Assembly: GCA_043754515.1 (NCBI GenBank)
Contig: JAYUUO010000282.1
Span: 1 to 64,000 of the forward strand
Origin: Armatimonadota bacterium
GTDB taxonomy: Bacteria; Armatimonadota; Armatimonadia; Armatimonadales; Armatimonadaceae
Direction: 5' to 3'
Length of the DNA stretch: 64,000 nt
The position numbers and the translations under genes are program-made. This document shows positions 1-10,304 of this stretch, piece after piece. Within the stretch, counting starts at the first letter, position 1; every line of letters starts with the position of its first letter. The notes under the pieces are model-generated. The model was not told where the DNA came from, did no database searches, and saw only the letters and a program-made list of their open reading frames with translations.

Positions 1-492
1 CCTAACGATAACTTCGATCCGCGCACCTCGCATGTCCTGCCCGCGCTGTTGCGCAAGATCCACGAGGCCAAGGTTGGGGGCGACCGCGAGGTGACGATCT
101 GGGGGACCGGGGCACCGCGCCGCGAGTTCCTGCACGTCGACGACCTAGCATCGGCCTGCCTCTTCCTGATGGATCGCTACAATGAGCCGGAGATCGTCAA
201 CATCGGGGTCGGCACCGATGTCAGCATCCGCGAACTGGCGGAGACGATAGCGGGCGTCGTCGGGTTTGCCGGGGACTTCGTTTTCGACGCCACCAAGCCC
301 GACGGCACGATGCGCAAGGTGCTCGATGTTTCGCGGATGCGGGGCATGGGCTGGGTCGCGGGCATCGGCCTGGAGGAGGGCATACGCTCCGTGTATGCCT
401 CCGCGGACACCGTCGCCTGGGAACGCCCACTGGATCTAGCCGTTCGGTCGCGGACGGAGGTCGCGGCTATAATACCCCAGAAATTCGCGTGA
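1..492 (+). CDS. fcl: GDP-L-fucose synthase, 5'-truncated by window edge
   Basis: Frame is open from base 1: PNDNFDPRTSHVLPALLRKIHEAK...IWGTGAPRREFLHVDDLA...VNIGVG...KPDGTMRKVLD, the typical Fcl/WcaG C-terminal half. Confidence 0.95.
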   Translation, partial: PNDNFDPRTSHVLPALLRKIHEAKVGGDREVTIWGTGAPRREFLHVDDLASACLFLMDRYNEPEIVNIGVGTDVSIRELAETIAGVVGFAGDFVFDATKPDGTMRKVLDVSRMRGMGWVAGIGLEEGIRSVYASADTVAWERPLDLAVRSRTEVAAIIPQKFA

Positions 493-1802
493 ACAGGGCA
501 CATGGCGCCATCTCCCCATGCGAGCCGCTACGTCTGTGCGTGGTGAACGAGTTCTTCTACCCCGACGAAGCGGGGGGGACGGGGGCGGTTTTGACGCAAC
601 TCGCCTCGACCCTGTGCCGCTCCGGGGATATGGAGATCACGGTCATCACGAGCCGGAACGGCTACCGCTCCGGCACGGCGGACTATGCCGCGGATGAGGA
701 GTGGGAGGGGATACGGATTAAGCGGCTCCGGACCCCGTCGGCGCGGGGTAAGAATACGGTTTTTCGGCTCGCGGTCAATCTATGGTTCGGTCTCGCCGCG
801 CTCGGGCGGCTGATCACGGAACACCGGAAACAGCCCTTCGACGTGGTGCTTGCCGGGACCGCGCCACCTACCCTCGCGTTCTGCGTGCATTTCTTCCGCT
901 ATATGACCGGCGTGCCTTATGTTTACGTCGTGTATGATCTCGACCCGGATCGCGCGGTCATACTGGGCGTCTTGAAAGGCGATAGTATCGCGGCGCGCAC
1001 TCTACACGCCGCGCAACGGGCCTGGTTACACGGCGCGGCCCGGGTCGTCGTGCTGGGGCGTTGCATGGAGGAGTATCTGGGCGCGCGTTACGGACTAATG
1101 CCGGGACGCTCCGAGGTCATAGCCGTTGGTGCCGACCCGGACGCGATCCGCGACGCGCCGGACGACCCGGCATATCGCGACCTTATCGGACTGGGCCGGG
1201 GGGATTTCGTGGTCTGCTATAGCGGTAATTTCGGACGCTACCATAACTTCGACGCGCTTTTAGATGCCGCGCGTGTACTCCGGGGGGATCCGAGCGTGGT
1301 GCTACTACTCGTCGGGGACGGCGCGCAACGCGAACATATCGCGCGGCGTGTCTCTGCCGAGAAGTTGAGCAACGTGAAATTGATGCCGTTCGTGCCGAAG
1401 GACGATTATCCGCGGCTGTTGAGCGTCGCCGACGCTTCCGTGGTGACGCTGGAGCCGGGCATGGAGGGGTTGTGCGTACCGAGCAAGTTTTACAGCATCT
1501 TGGCGTCAGGGCGCGCGGTGCTCGCGCTGACCGCCCCCGCCTCCGAGGTCGCGCGGGTTGTCGCCGAAGAGCGGTGCGGCATACAGGCGGATCCGGGAGA
1601 TGCGGAGGGCATCGCGGTGGCGGTTCGTCGGCTACGGGACGAGCGCGAGGAGACCAGGGCGATGGGCGCGCGGGCGCGGGCCGCGCTCGTGAATCGGTTC
1701 TCGACCGCCGTGGTCGCCGAACGGTACAAGCGGGTTTTACAGACGGTTCGGGCGGCGCGGCATCAGCGAGACGTGGCGCCCGCCGTACCTATTCGGAGAT
1801 AA
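489..1802 (+). CDS. GT4 glycosyltransferase (WcaI/WbuB-like)
   Basis: NEFFYPD N-terminus, YSGNFGRYH, VPSKFYSILASGR; GTGA overlap with fcl. Confidence 0.9.
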   Translation: MNRAHGAISPCEPLRLCVVNEFFYPDEAGGTGAVLTQLASTLCRSGDMEITVITSRNGYRSGTADYAADEEWEGIRIKRLRTPSARGKNTVFRLAVNLWFGLAALGRLITEHRKQPFDVVLAGTAPPTLAFCVHFFRYMTGVPYVYVVYDLDPDRAVILGVLKGDSIAARTLHAAQRAWLHGAARVVVLGRCMEEYLGARYGLMPGRSEVIAVGADPDAIRDAPDDPAYRDLIGLGRGDFVVCYSGNFGRYHNFDALLDAARVLRGDPSVVLLLVGDGAQREHIARRVSAEKLSNVKLMPFVPKDDYPRLLSVADASVVTLEPGMEGLCVPSKFYSILASGRAVLALTAPASEVARVVAEERCGIQADPGDAEGIAVAVRRLRDEREETRAMGARARAALVNRFSTAVVAERYKRVLQTVRAARHQRDVAPAVPIRR

Positions 1803-1814
1803 CACACTTAAACT

Positions 1815-3989
1815 ATGGATGATTTGGGACTACAACGACCGGCGGCGGAAGCCGAACGCAACGTGACGCTCGCCGAATATATAGACATCGTCCGGCGCCG
1901 CCGTCTCATGATCGGCTATACGTTCACGACGATCACTATGGTGGGCATCGTGGCGACTCTACTGACCGCCCCCATTTACCGCGCCTCCGCCTACCTATTG
2001 GTGAAGGCACCCGATCTACGACTCAACCAGGTAGACGCGTCTAACCCGCTGTCCGACCTGTTCAGTGCCGCGCCGAGCTACAAGATTGAGACCCAGGTGC
2101 GCCTTTTGAAAAGCGCGGATCTGTTGCAAGCCGTGGCCAAAAAACTCGCGGTGCGCCGCCGCGAACTGCCGACGCTGAACGTGAAGGCCATTGAGGACAC
2201 CGACATCATCCAGGTGGACGCCGAGACGCTGAACGCGAAGCGGGCGGCACTGGTCGCAAACACCCTGCTTAACACCTATATAGATCAGACTTCGGAGATC
2301 AACGGGCGCGAAATACGCCGCGCGCTTCACTTCACCGAGGAGGGTGCCGCCAGGGCACAGAAGGATTTAGAGGACACCGAGCGGAGCCTGCGCCAGTTCG
2401 AGCAGAGCCATAAGGTGATCGAACTCGACAAAAACCGCGAAGCGCAGATAGCGCAGGTTCAGAGACTCACCGACGGGTACGATGCCCTGCAAACCAGTCT
2501 CGCGGCGACGAACTCGCGGCTTGCCGCGGCGAACAGCGAACTCGCCGCCGAATCGCCGGTCGAATCGGCGGTCGTGTCGGCGGATTCCGACCCAGCGGTG
2601 CAGTCCGCGCAATCCCTGCTCGCCGGGATCGAGGCGCAACGCGCCGGGCTGGTCAAACGGTACACGCCGGTCAACAAGCAGGTTGTCGCCCTCGACGCGC
2701 AGATCGCGGCGCAACGGGCGTACCTCCGGCACCTGCGCGGCGCGACTCGGGCGCGAAACGCGCGTAAGAACCCGGTCTATGATGCGATCCGGGAGCGGCG
2801 CGCGCTTTTACAAGAAACCGCGACCGGTGCCGCCGCCGAAGCCGCGAAGACCGCCGAACAACTCGCCGCCGCACGTACGCAGCTCGAACGGTTCCCCGCG
2901 TGGAAGCAACAGATGGCGCGCTTGCAACGGCAACTCGAAATCGCCAAATCGAACTACACGTTGCTTTCGGCAAAACGGGAGGACCTGCGGCTACGCGACC
3001 AGGTGCAACGCGTGGATGCTCGCGTGATGGAGTACGCGGCGGTACCGGAAGCCCCGATTCGCCCGCAGAAGGCACTCAATATCATCTTCGCCGCAGTCGC
3101 GGGCCTCGTGTTGGGTCTCGTCTTCGCGCTGGTTCAGGAGTACCTTGATGACCGGATCAACTCGCAGGACGAGGCAGAGCGCGTGTTTCATCTGCCGACG
3201 CTCGGACTCCTGCCCCTCGTGCCGGAGGAGGGATTGCGTCTGCTCAAAAGCACCAGGGCGTTCTCGCCGTTCACGGAAGCGTACCGCGGTCTGCGCACCA
3301 ACATCGGCTTCGCGGCGGTGGACAACCCGATCCGCACCCTGCTTATCACCTCGACAAGTCCGGGCGAAGGCAAGTCCCATATCGCGGCGAATCTCGCGAT
3401 AGCGATGGCGATGGAAGGGAGGCGCGTGGTAGTGCTGGACGCCGACCTGCGCCGGCCGACCCAGCACAAGCTGTTCGGCCTGGAACAAACGCCGGGGCTG
3501 ACCGACGTGCTAATCGGGACGCACAGCCTGTCCGACGTGCTCACCGACACCGACTTCGCGAACATTTCCCTCGTCACCGCCGGGTCGCAGGCGCCGAACC
3601 CCGCCGAACTGTTAGGATCGGAGGCGATGGCACGTTTAATAGACGCGATGCGCGGAACCGCCGACATCATTCTGGTAGATTCGCCGCCCGTGCTCGCCGT
3701 CTCCGACTCCGTTCTGTTATCGTCGCGAGTAGACGGCGTGCTGTTCGTCGCGTCGCACGCGGAGACGAAAAAAGGTAGTGGGCAACAGGCACTCCAGTTG
3801 CTGTCACGCGCCCGCGCCAAAGTGATCGGCACCGTCTTGAACAAGATTGACCCCAGGGATCGGGGCTACTACAACTACTACCACTATGAATACTCGCACA
3901 GCGACATCAAAAGCGGGGGCGAGAAGCCACGGTCACTGGTGAGCAACGGCGCGGGACAGTCACCGATAGGCGAAGAGGAGACGTCATGA
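1815..3989 (+). CDS. wzc: Polysaccharide co-polymerase / tyrosine autokinase
   Basis: Two TM segments flanking a coiled coil, PIRP motif, Walker A (SPGEGKS), DADLRRP, DSPP and a C-terminal Tyr cluster YYNYYHYEY. Confidence 0.93.
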   Translation: MDDLGLQRPAAEAERNVTLAEYIDIVRRRRLMIGYTFTTITMVGIVATLLTAPIYRASAYLLVKAPDLRLNQVDASNPLSDLFSAAPSYKIETQVRLLKSADLLQAVAKKLAVRRRELPTLNVKAIEDTDIIQVDAETLNAKRAALVANTLLNTYIDQTSEINGREIRRALHFTEEGAARAQKDLEDTERSLRQFEQSHKVIELDKNREAQIAQVQRLTDGYDALQTSLAATNSRLAAANSELAAESPVESAVVSADSDPAVQSAQSLLAGIEAQRAGLVKRYTPVNKQVVALDAQIAAQRAYLRHLRGATRARNARKNPVYDAIRERRALLQETATGAAAEAAKTAEQLAAARTQLERFPAWKQQMARLQRQLEIAKSNYTLLSAKREDLRLRDQVQRVDARVMEYAAVPEAPIRPQKALNIIFAAVAGLVLGLVFALVQEYLDDRINSQDEAERVFHLPTLGLLPLVPEEGLRLLKSTRAFSPFTEAYRGLRTNIGFAAVDNPIRTLLITSTSPGEGKSHIAANLAIAMAMEGRRVVVLDADLRRPTQHKLFGLEQTPGLTDVLIGTHSLSDVLTDTDFANISLVTAGSQAPNPAELLGSEAMARLIDAMRGTADIILVDSPPVLAVSDSVLLSSRVDGVLFVASHAETKKGSGQQALQLLSRARAKVIGTVLNKIDPRDRGYYNYYHYEYSHSDIKSGGEKPRSLVSNGAGQSPIGEEETS

Positions 3990-5155
3990 AAACACGGTTC
4001 TACATCGCGGGTTTGGCCTTTGCCATGTCGGGCACTTTCCCGGTAGCCGCCGCGCCGCCCGCCACCGTCGCGTCGGCACCGGCGTACGTGATCCAGGCGG
4101 ACGACGTGCTCGACATCAGCGTGGCGGGCGAGCCGGAGATGACCCGGAGCGTGACGGTCCTGCCGGACGGCACGATCACCTACCCGTATGCGGGCGAGAT
4201 CGTGGCGGCGGGGCTTACCACCGCCCAGGTGCGCCGCCGACTCACGGCGAAGGTTTCCCGACAGCTTGCCGCGCCCGAGATCGTCGTCTCCGTATCGCAC
4301 CGCGCGGAGCGGGACGCGAGTGTTCTCGGCGCGGTAAAAACACCGGGCAAGTTCGCCATCGGCCCCGGCTGGCGGTTACTCGACCTGCTCGCGCAAACCG
4401 GAGGCTTGCTCTCCGCGCGCCCGGAATGGGCGAGCGCGGTACTCGCGCGGCGCGTCGGCGCGGCGACCCCTGTCAATCTGCTACGCCTGATCACGCTCGC
4501 CGCCCCCGCCGACAACGTGCTGGTGGCGAAGGGCGACATCCTGATCGTGCGCGAGATAGACCAGGCGAAGACGCAGGTGCAGGTGCTGGGCGAGGTCGTG
4601 CGCCCCGGCACGTTCCCGATCCCGAGCGACGGGTCGGTGGCGGCGACACTCGCGGCGGCGGGCGGGCCGACAGCGGCGGCGGCACTGACGCGGGCGGCGG
4701 TCCTGCGCGGCGCGGACACTATCCCGCTCAACCTGCAAAGCCTGATGCGGGGCGGCAACCCGGTCGGCACCGTGGTCCTCCAGCCGGGCGACACCCTTAT
4801 CGTGCCGACGAACCGGCTGACGTTCGCGGTGTTCGGCGCGGTGGCGAGGCCCGGCGCGGTGGCGTACCCGGAAGACCGGAAGCTCGACTACCTGTCCGCG
4901 CTGTCGCTCGCCGGGGGGCAGGAGCGGGACGCGGATCTGAGGAAGGCGGTGCTACTGCGCCCGTCGCCGACGGGGGGCAAGCCGGCCGTGATCGAGGTCA
5001 ATCTGTGGGACGTGATGCGGAGGGGAGATATGGCCAGGAACGTAGCGGTTGAGCCGGGGGATGTGCTGTTTCTACCGGGTAAGGGTGGGGACAGCCGACT
5101 GACTACGCGAGACTTCTTGGGACTAGCGAGTCCGCTGTTGTTTCTTCTTCGTTAG
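3986..5155 (+). CDS. wza: Polysaccharide export (OPX) protein with SLBB repeats
   Basis: YVIQADDVLDISV...VLPDGTITYPYAG poly-export domain, three VLGxVxxPG SLBB repeats; ATGA overlap with wzc. Confidence 0.88.
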   Translation: MKTRFYIAGLAFAMSGTFPVAAAPPATVASAPAYVIQADDVLDISVAGEPEMTRSVTVLPDGTITYPYAGEIVAAGLTTAQVRRRLTAKVSRQLAAPEIVVSVSHRAERDASVLGAVKTPGKFAIGPGWRLLDLLAQTGGLLSARPEWASAVLARRVGAATPVNLLRLITLAAPADNVLVAKGDILIVREIDQAKTQVQVLGEVVRPGTFPIPSDGSVAATLAAAGGPTAAAALTRAAVLRGADTIPLNLQSLMRGGNPVGTVVLQPGDTLIVPTNRLTFAVFGAVARPGAVAYPEDRKLDYLSALSLAGGQERDADLRKAVLLRPSPTGGKPAVIEVNLWDVMRRGDMARNVAVEPGDVLFLPGKGGDSRLTTRDFLGLASPLLFLLR

Positions 5156-5220
5156 CCCGTGATGCCGATCCGCAGGTTCGGCCGGTTCGACACCCTGACA
5201 CTCAACGAGACGCTGACACA

Positions 5221-6600
5221 ATGACTACAGACACCGTGACGAAACGCTTGCTGGCTAACCTATCCGGTTCTGCCATCGGTAAACTACTCGTCGTCGCCCG
5301 GCAATTGTTTCTCGTGCCGCTCTTCTTGCACGTCTGGGGCGTCGAGGTGTACGGCCAGTACATCCTCCTGTCGGCGATTCCGACGATGTTAAATATGTCC
5401 AATCTCGGGATGGGCACGGCGGCGGGTATTTCCGTGTCGCTCGCGATCGCGGGCGGTAAGCGGGAGGAGGCCGGGCGCATCTACACGACGGGGCTTGCCA
5501 TCTCGCTCATGGTAGGGAGTGTCATCATCCTCGGCGGTTTCGCCCTCATAAAACTGTTCCCCGGCGCCTTCGTCCCTCTGTCAGGTATTGGCCACTCCCG
5601 ACTGATCCTCATTCTTCTGTTGGTCAGTTTAGCGTCCGACCAGGCGAACGAGGTGATGAATGGGGTGTACATCGGGTGCAAAAAAATGTCGGTGGCGTTC
5701 CAAATATCCAACTCCGTGCAAGCGGTCCGCCTCGCGGCGACGTTTTTCACCCTGTTGTGGCGACAGTCGCCGCTCGTGATCGTCACCGCCGATACCCTGA
5801 TCAACGTCCTGGCGACGCTGTTCTTTATAGTTCCGACCGTCAGGCTATGCCCTTACCTTTACAAGAACGGGTTCCGGTTTTATAAAGATTTAGCGGGGCG
5901 TCTTCTGGTCACGGGGATAGGGTTTCAGGCCGCCCCCCTGTGGCAAGCCATCCTTTTTCAGGGGTCGCTCTGGCTGGCGCAGATCACCCTAGGCGCGGTC
6001 GGCGTCGCGACCTGGAGTACGCTACGCGCTTTGTGCCGTTCCGTGAACCAATTCTATGAGATGCTCGTCGCGACTATTTATCCGGAAATACAACTCGCCA
6101 TCGGGAGCGGGAACTATGCCCTGGCCCGGAAGTTGCACGGATTGGCGGTATGCCTGAGCGTGGCTCTTGCCGGGTGTGCTTTGATACCGTTGAGCCTTTG
6201 CGGCCCGGTCGTCTACCGCCTATGGACGAATGGCGTTCTGACGGTTCCCCCCGTGATCTGGCCGCTACTCGGCTTGAGCGTCCTTGTTAGCTCCTTATTG
6301 ACTACGAGTGGCGTGGTTCACCGCGCCATGGGCCGCCCCTGGCTCCTCAACGGCGGCGGGATTATCACCGCGCTCCTATCCCTACTAGTTATGTATCTGC
6401 TCGCGGGCCATGTGGGTATCGTCGGTTTCGCCATCGGCGGGCTAGTGTTCGAGTCGGTCATGTCGGCACTCGTTCTGAGTTTCTCCCTGCGATGGCTGGG
6501 CGACACCTGCCCGACGATGGTTCGCAGGGCACGGTCTGATATTCGTGACAGCTCGGCGGGGTGGATACAGGCTTTGACGCTAGACCGCTCCCGCCCGTGA
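5221..6600 (+). CDS. wzx: Oligosaccharide flippase (Wzx-like)
   Basis: Multi-TM protein with LVPLFLHVWGVEVYG...NLGMG flippase N-terminus; EPS operon context. Confidence 0.8.
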   Translation: MTTDTVTKRLLANLSGSAIGKLLVVARQLFLVPLFLHVWGVEVYGQYILLSAIPTMLNMSNLGMGTAAGISVSLAIAGGKREEAGRIYTTGLAISLMVGSVIILGGFALIKLFPGAFVPLSGIGHSRLILILLLVSLASDQANEVMNGVYIGCKKMSVAFQISNSVQAVRLAATFFTLLWRQSPLVIVTADTLINVLATLFFIVPTVRLCPYLYKNGFRFYKDLAGRLLVTGIGFQAAPLWQAILFQGSLWLAQITLGAVGVATWSTLRALCRSVNQFYEMLVATIYPEIQLAIGSGNYALARKLHGLAVCLSVALAGCALIPLSLCGPVVYRLWTNGVLTVPPVIWPLLGLSVLVSSLLTTSGVVHRAMGRPWLLNGGGIITALLSLLVMYLLAGHVGIVGFAIGGLVFESVMSALVLSFSLRWLGDTCPTMVRRARSDIRDSSAGWIQALTLDRSRP

Positions 6601-6622
6601 CAGCCGCCGTGCGTGAAAAAAC

Positions 6623-7837
6623 ATGAACACTATGTCGGACCTACCAAGAAAAGTATCGCTGATCGTGCCGGGGAAGTTTCATCACTTCCATCTGGCACGC
6701 CAGTTGTTGCGCCGCGAGATGCTCGAGCGTGTCTTCACCTTCTATCCGATTCAGAAATTGATGGATCAGGGGATACCGCCGGAGCGCATCCGTCCGGTGC
6801 CATATCTTTTTTTGCTGTGGCATCTGATACAGGGGACGAGCTTGCGGGGGGGGGACTTCGCGCGCGGGGTCAACTGGGAGGCGGCGAAGTTTCTGGCAAC
6901 GACGGCAGCCGGCGAGATGCTAGACACCACGGAGGTGATTATCGGACTCTCCGGCTCCGGCCTCGAATCCGGTAGGAAAATCAAATCCCGCGGAGGCATC
7001 TACATCTGTGACCGGGGCTCGTCCCACATTCGTTATCAGAACAGGCTCATCGCCGAAGAGTTCGCGCGATGGAAACAGTCGTACCGCCAGGATGACGAAC
7101 GGGTGATGGCGCGCGAGGAAGAGGAGTATGAGTTGGCCGATTGCATCGTCATCCCCTCGGAGTTTACCAAACGGAGTTTCCTGGAACATGGTGTTCCGCG
7201 ACAGAAGTTACGCAAGGTACCCTACGGGGTTGACCTTTCCCGGTTCGGACCGATTGAGGAGCCTGACGCGAACACTTTCGATGTCCTCTTCGTGGGTGGT
7301 GTTTCTTTCCGAAAAGGGTTCCCTTACTTGCTGGAAGCCTTCGGCCACTTTAAGCACCCGAGTAAGCGACTCCGAGTCGCCGGACACGTCAGCCCGGAGA
7401 TAGAACGCTACTTGAAGGATTTCAGGCCGACGCTCGATCATGTCGAGTTTCTCGGGGTGATTCCGCACAGCAATCTCAAACGTCTCATGAGCTCGAGCCA
7501 CGCTCTAGTCCTTCCCAGCCTGGAGGAGGGACTGGCACTCGTTCAAGGCGAGGCTTTGGCCTGCGGTTGCCCTGTTATTTCTTCTGCTCATTCCGGTGGG
7601 GAGGACCTTTTTCAGGACGGAGTGGAGGGGTTTATAGTTCCGATCCGAGATAGCCTTTCCATCTCTGATCGTCTCACCCATCTCGCCGGGGACCGCGAAC
7701 TCCAGCAAAATATGCGGGCCGCGGCGATTGATGGTGCCAGACGAATCGGCGGTTGGGATGGTTACGGCAGTAATATGGTGTCCGTCATACACGAGGCCTG
7801 TCTGAGTAAGTCGAAATCACACGCGGGGTCGTCATGA
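6623..7837 (+). CDS. GT4 glycosyltransferase
   Basis: FVGGVSFRKG and VLPSLEEGLALVQGEALACGCPVI (E-X7-E motif). Confidence 0.92.
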   Translation: MNTMSDLPRKVSLIVPGKFHHFHLARQLLRREMLERVFTFYPIQKLMDQGIPPERIRPVPYLFLLWHLIQGTSLRGGDFARGVNWEAAKFLATTAAGEMLDTTEVIIGLSGSGLESGRKIKSRGGIYICDRGSSHIRYQNRLIAEEFARWKQSYRQDDERVMAREEEEYELADCIVIPSEFTKRSFLEHGVPRQKLRKVPYGVDLSRFGPIEEPDANTFDVLFVGGVSFRKGFPYLLEAFGHFKHPSKRLRVAGHVSPEIERYLKDFRPTLDHVEFLGVIPHSNLKRLMSSSHALVLPSLEEGLALVQGEALACGCPVISSAHSGGEDLFQDGVEGFIVPIRDSLSISDRLTHLAGDRELQQNMRAAAIDGARRIGGWDGYGSNMVSVIHEACLSKSKSHAGSS

Positions 7838-7919
7838 CAAACTACATGTCGGATTTGGTGCCACATACAGTAGCCGGTCTTTGCCTGTGCTGTTCTCAGG
7901 GTGCGGACAGTTGTGAGAG

Positions 7920-9143
7920 ATGGCCAATAACACGGGGCCAGCGATTAATATGAACGATGCCCCGGAACCTCCTAGTGGTCAGCGAACTAACCATTTAATT
8001 TACCTCGACTCTATACGCGGTTTAGCGGCGATGTACGTGGTTGTCTTCCATATGGGTATGGCCACCGGGATGGATCACTACGTCCGCTTATGGGGCTGGC
8101 TCGGCCAAGGACACTGGGCAGTCAACGCGTTCATAGTGCTATCAGGACATTGTCTGATGCTCCCCGTGCTCCGGAATGATCTTGCTCTGCGCGGTGGGGT
8201 CAAGTCGTTCTTGTTGAGGCGAGCGGGAAGGATTCTGCCGCCGTACTATTTCGCCTTCGCCACAACTCTGATATTTTGCTTCCTACTAAACGCGAACCTT
8301 GCCCCGCCGGATATAGCGAAACGTTTGAGCGCGACGAGTGCTCCGGGTGTACTCGCCCACCTGTTGCTGGTTCACGATATCTCCAGCGCGTTCATCTACC
8401 AGGCGGCACCGCCTTTCTGGTCTGTGGCAGTCGAGTGGCGCATCTACTTCGCATTCCCCGTGCTAATCTTTTTGTGGAGGCGATTCGGGGCGCTGGCAAC
8501 CACGGTGATTTCTATTGTCACGTCCTTAATACTGAGTGGCCTCCTTAGCTTAATATGGGTCAAGAACCACTCGGTGATGGGACACCCTTATATGATCACG
8601 GGGATCATGCCCCAGTACCTAGGCTTGTTCACTGTAGGCATGTTAAGTGCTCATGTTTCGTCCAATAGCGCGCTCTTAAGTAGCCGTAGCTTTGTTAAGC
8701 ATGTCACAGTTTCGTTGGCAACGGCGATTCTCGTTGTCGCTTATTCGCCGTATATAATTGTGAAAGGTCATGTTTTGCCGCCCGCCATAACGGACCACTT
8801 TGTCGGATACATAGTAGTAGCACTTCTCGTTTTAGTTTCGACGTCACCTGTAGCTAAGACAGCACTCAGTTGGAAGCCCCTTGTGTTTGTCGGCGGCTTT
8901 TCTTACAGCATCTACCTGATCCATGCACTCGTCATATATTCCCTACAAACGTATGTGATCGGGGTGTTGATGCCAGCACAAACTCCCGCGACCGGGTTCC
9001 TCTTCATGCTGGTCTTTGGAATCCCCGCCGTGTTCGTGATCAGTTACATCATGTATCGGCTAGTGGAACTACCGTCAATGCGCTCGACGCGAAGAATACC
9101 TTTCTCAGGTTCGGGCGTGAGTGCTACGCAACCCGGCACATGA
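7920..9143 (+). CDS. Acyltransferase family 3 (OafA-like O-acyltransferase); real start may be ATG 7950
   Basis: YLDSIRGLAA, FIVLSG, RRAGRILPPYY, WSVAVEWRIY, FSYSIYLIH, LVELP motifs; multi-TM. Confidence 0.92.
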   Translation: MANNTGPAINMNDAPEPPSGQRTNHLIYLDSIRGLAAMYVVVFHMGMATGMDHYVRLWGWLGQGHWAVNAFIVLSGHCLMLPVLRNDLALRGGVKSFLLRRAGRILPPYYFAFATTLIFCFLLNANLAPPDIAKRLSATSAPGVLAHLLLVHDISSAFIYQAAPPFWSVAVEWRIYFAFPVLIFLWRRFGALATTVISIVTSLILSGLLSLIWVKNHSVMGHPYMITGIMPQYLGLFTVGMLSAHVSSNSALLSSRSFVKHVTVSLATAILVVAYSPYIIVKGHVLPPAITDHFVGYIVVALLVLVSTSPVAKTALSWKPLVFVGGFSYSIYLIHALVIYSLQTYVIGVLMPAQTPATGFLFMLVFGIPAVFVISYIMYRLVELPSMRSTRRIPFSGSGVSATQPGT

Positions 9144-9155
9144 TCGGCACACTAA

Positions 9156-10304
9156 ATGATTAATAATAAAGATCGCGTACTTTTTGTCCCGCATCTCGTC
9201 GCCTTCGGCGGCGGCGAGCGCGTCTACCTGGCCCTCTCTCGATTCCTGCATGAGAGGGGCATTCCCCACCGGATCGCTACGTACACGCAAGGGATTAATC
9301 TACAAGATCACGCCGACTGGCCCCTCACGGTACAGACTGTCAAACCGGAAGGCTCTTTTCTGCCCAGACCGAACGGGCTAAGGCGGCTCGTCAGTGAGCA
9401 GGCCAGGGCGGGATCACCTCCGCCGATATTGGTCGGTATCCAAGCCGCGACGCATCTTTCGGCGACTCTGGGGGGGCAAAGAAATCGTTCCGTACCTTAC
9501 TCGGTCATGGTCCTCGACGCGCCGAGTAAGATGGGAATCACCTCGGCAAAATCGCGCGGCGGACCTCGCCGCTTCGCCCGAAATATGTTGAATCGGTTCT
9601 TCGGTCGCGCCGGACTCAACCATGCTAACAATTTGTCCATTATCAGCGAAACGCAGGCTCGCGAAATGCAAACGTTGTACGGCCGGAAACCACAAGTCAT
9701 TTATCCCGGAATCAGACTCCCGACGGAGACGCGTGACCGCCGCCACTTCCGCGGGGTCTTCCGTTTCCTGTCCGTGTGTCGGCTCGAAGGCAACAAGCGT
9801 TTGGAGTGGATTATGGAATCACTTGCTCGCTTGGAACACACAGGAGGCAACAAGGCTCGTTTGTCGGATTTAGTGCCATGGCATCTAGATATAGTCGGGC
9901 ATGGAAGTCTCGCGGGAAAATTGGAACGCCTTTGCGACTCGCTTGGCATACGTGCTTTTACTACATTTCATGGTCTGGTATCGGACGACCGGTTGGACGA
10001 AATATATGCGCAAGCGGGGATGTTTTTAATGCCCGCCAATCAAGGTTACGGTCTACCGGCACTCGAAGCATTGGCGCGGCGCGTACCCGTGGTGATGCAT
10101 CAGGAGAGTGGTGTGAGCGAGATCTTGCGGAATTCCCCGTGGGTGGGGATGATTTACGGAAGCGATACGAGTTCCCTGACCGTCGGTATCGAGGAGATGG
10201 TCGGGCACGTCCTTGCCGGAGCGTTAGAGGGTGTGGCACCGCCCGAATTCCCCACGGATGAAGAGTGGGCGGCGCGGGTCTGCGCGTTTTGTGATTGGCT
10301 GTAG
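9156..10304 (+). CDS. GT4 glycosyltransferase
   Basis: FGGGERV N-terminus, VCRLEGNKR, QGYGLPALEALA. Confidence 0.88.
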   Translation: MINNKDRVLFVPHLVAFGGGERVYLALSRFLHERGIPHRIATYTQGINLQDHADWPLTVQTVKPEGSFLPRPNGLRRLVSEQARAGSPPPILVGIQAATHLSATLGGQRNRSVPYSVMVLDAPSKMGITSAKSRGGPRRFARNMLNRFFGRAGLNHANNLSIISETQAREMQTLYGRKPQVIYPGIRLPTETRDRRHFRGVFRFLSVCRLEGNKRLEWIMESLARLEHTGGNKARLSDLVPWHLDIVGHGSLAGKLERLCDSLGIRAFTTFHGLVSDDRLDEIYAQAGMFLMPANQGYGLPALEALARRVPVVMHQESGVSEILRNSPWVGMIYGSDTSSLTVGIEEMVGHVLAGALEGVAPPEFPTDEEWAARVCAFCDWL

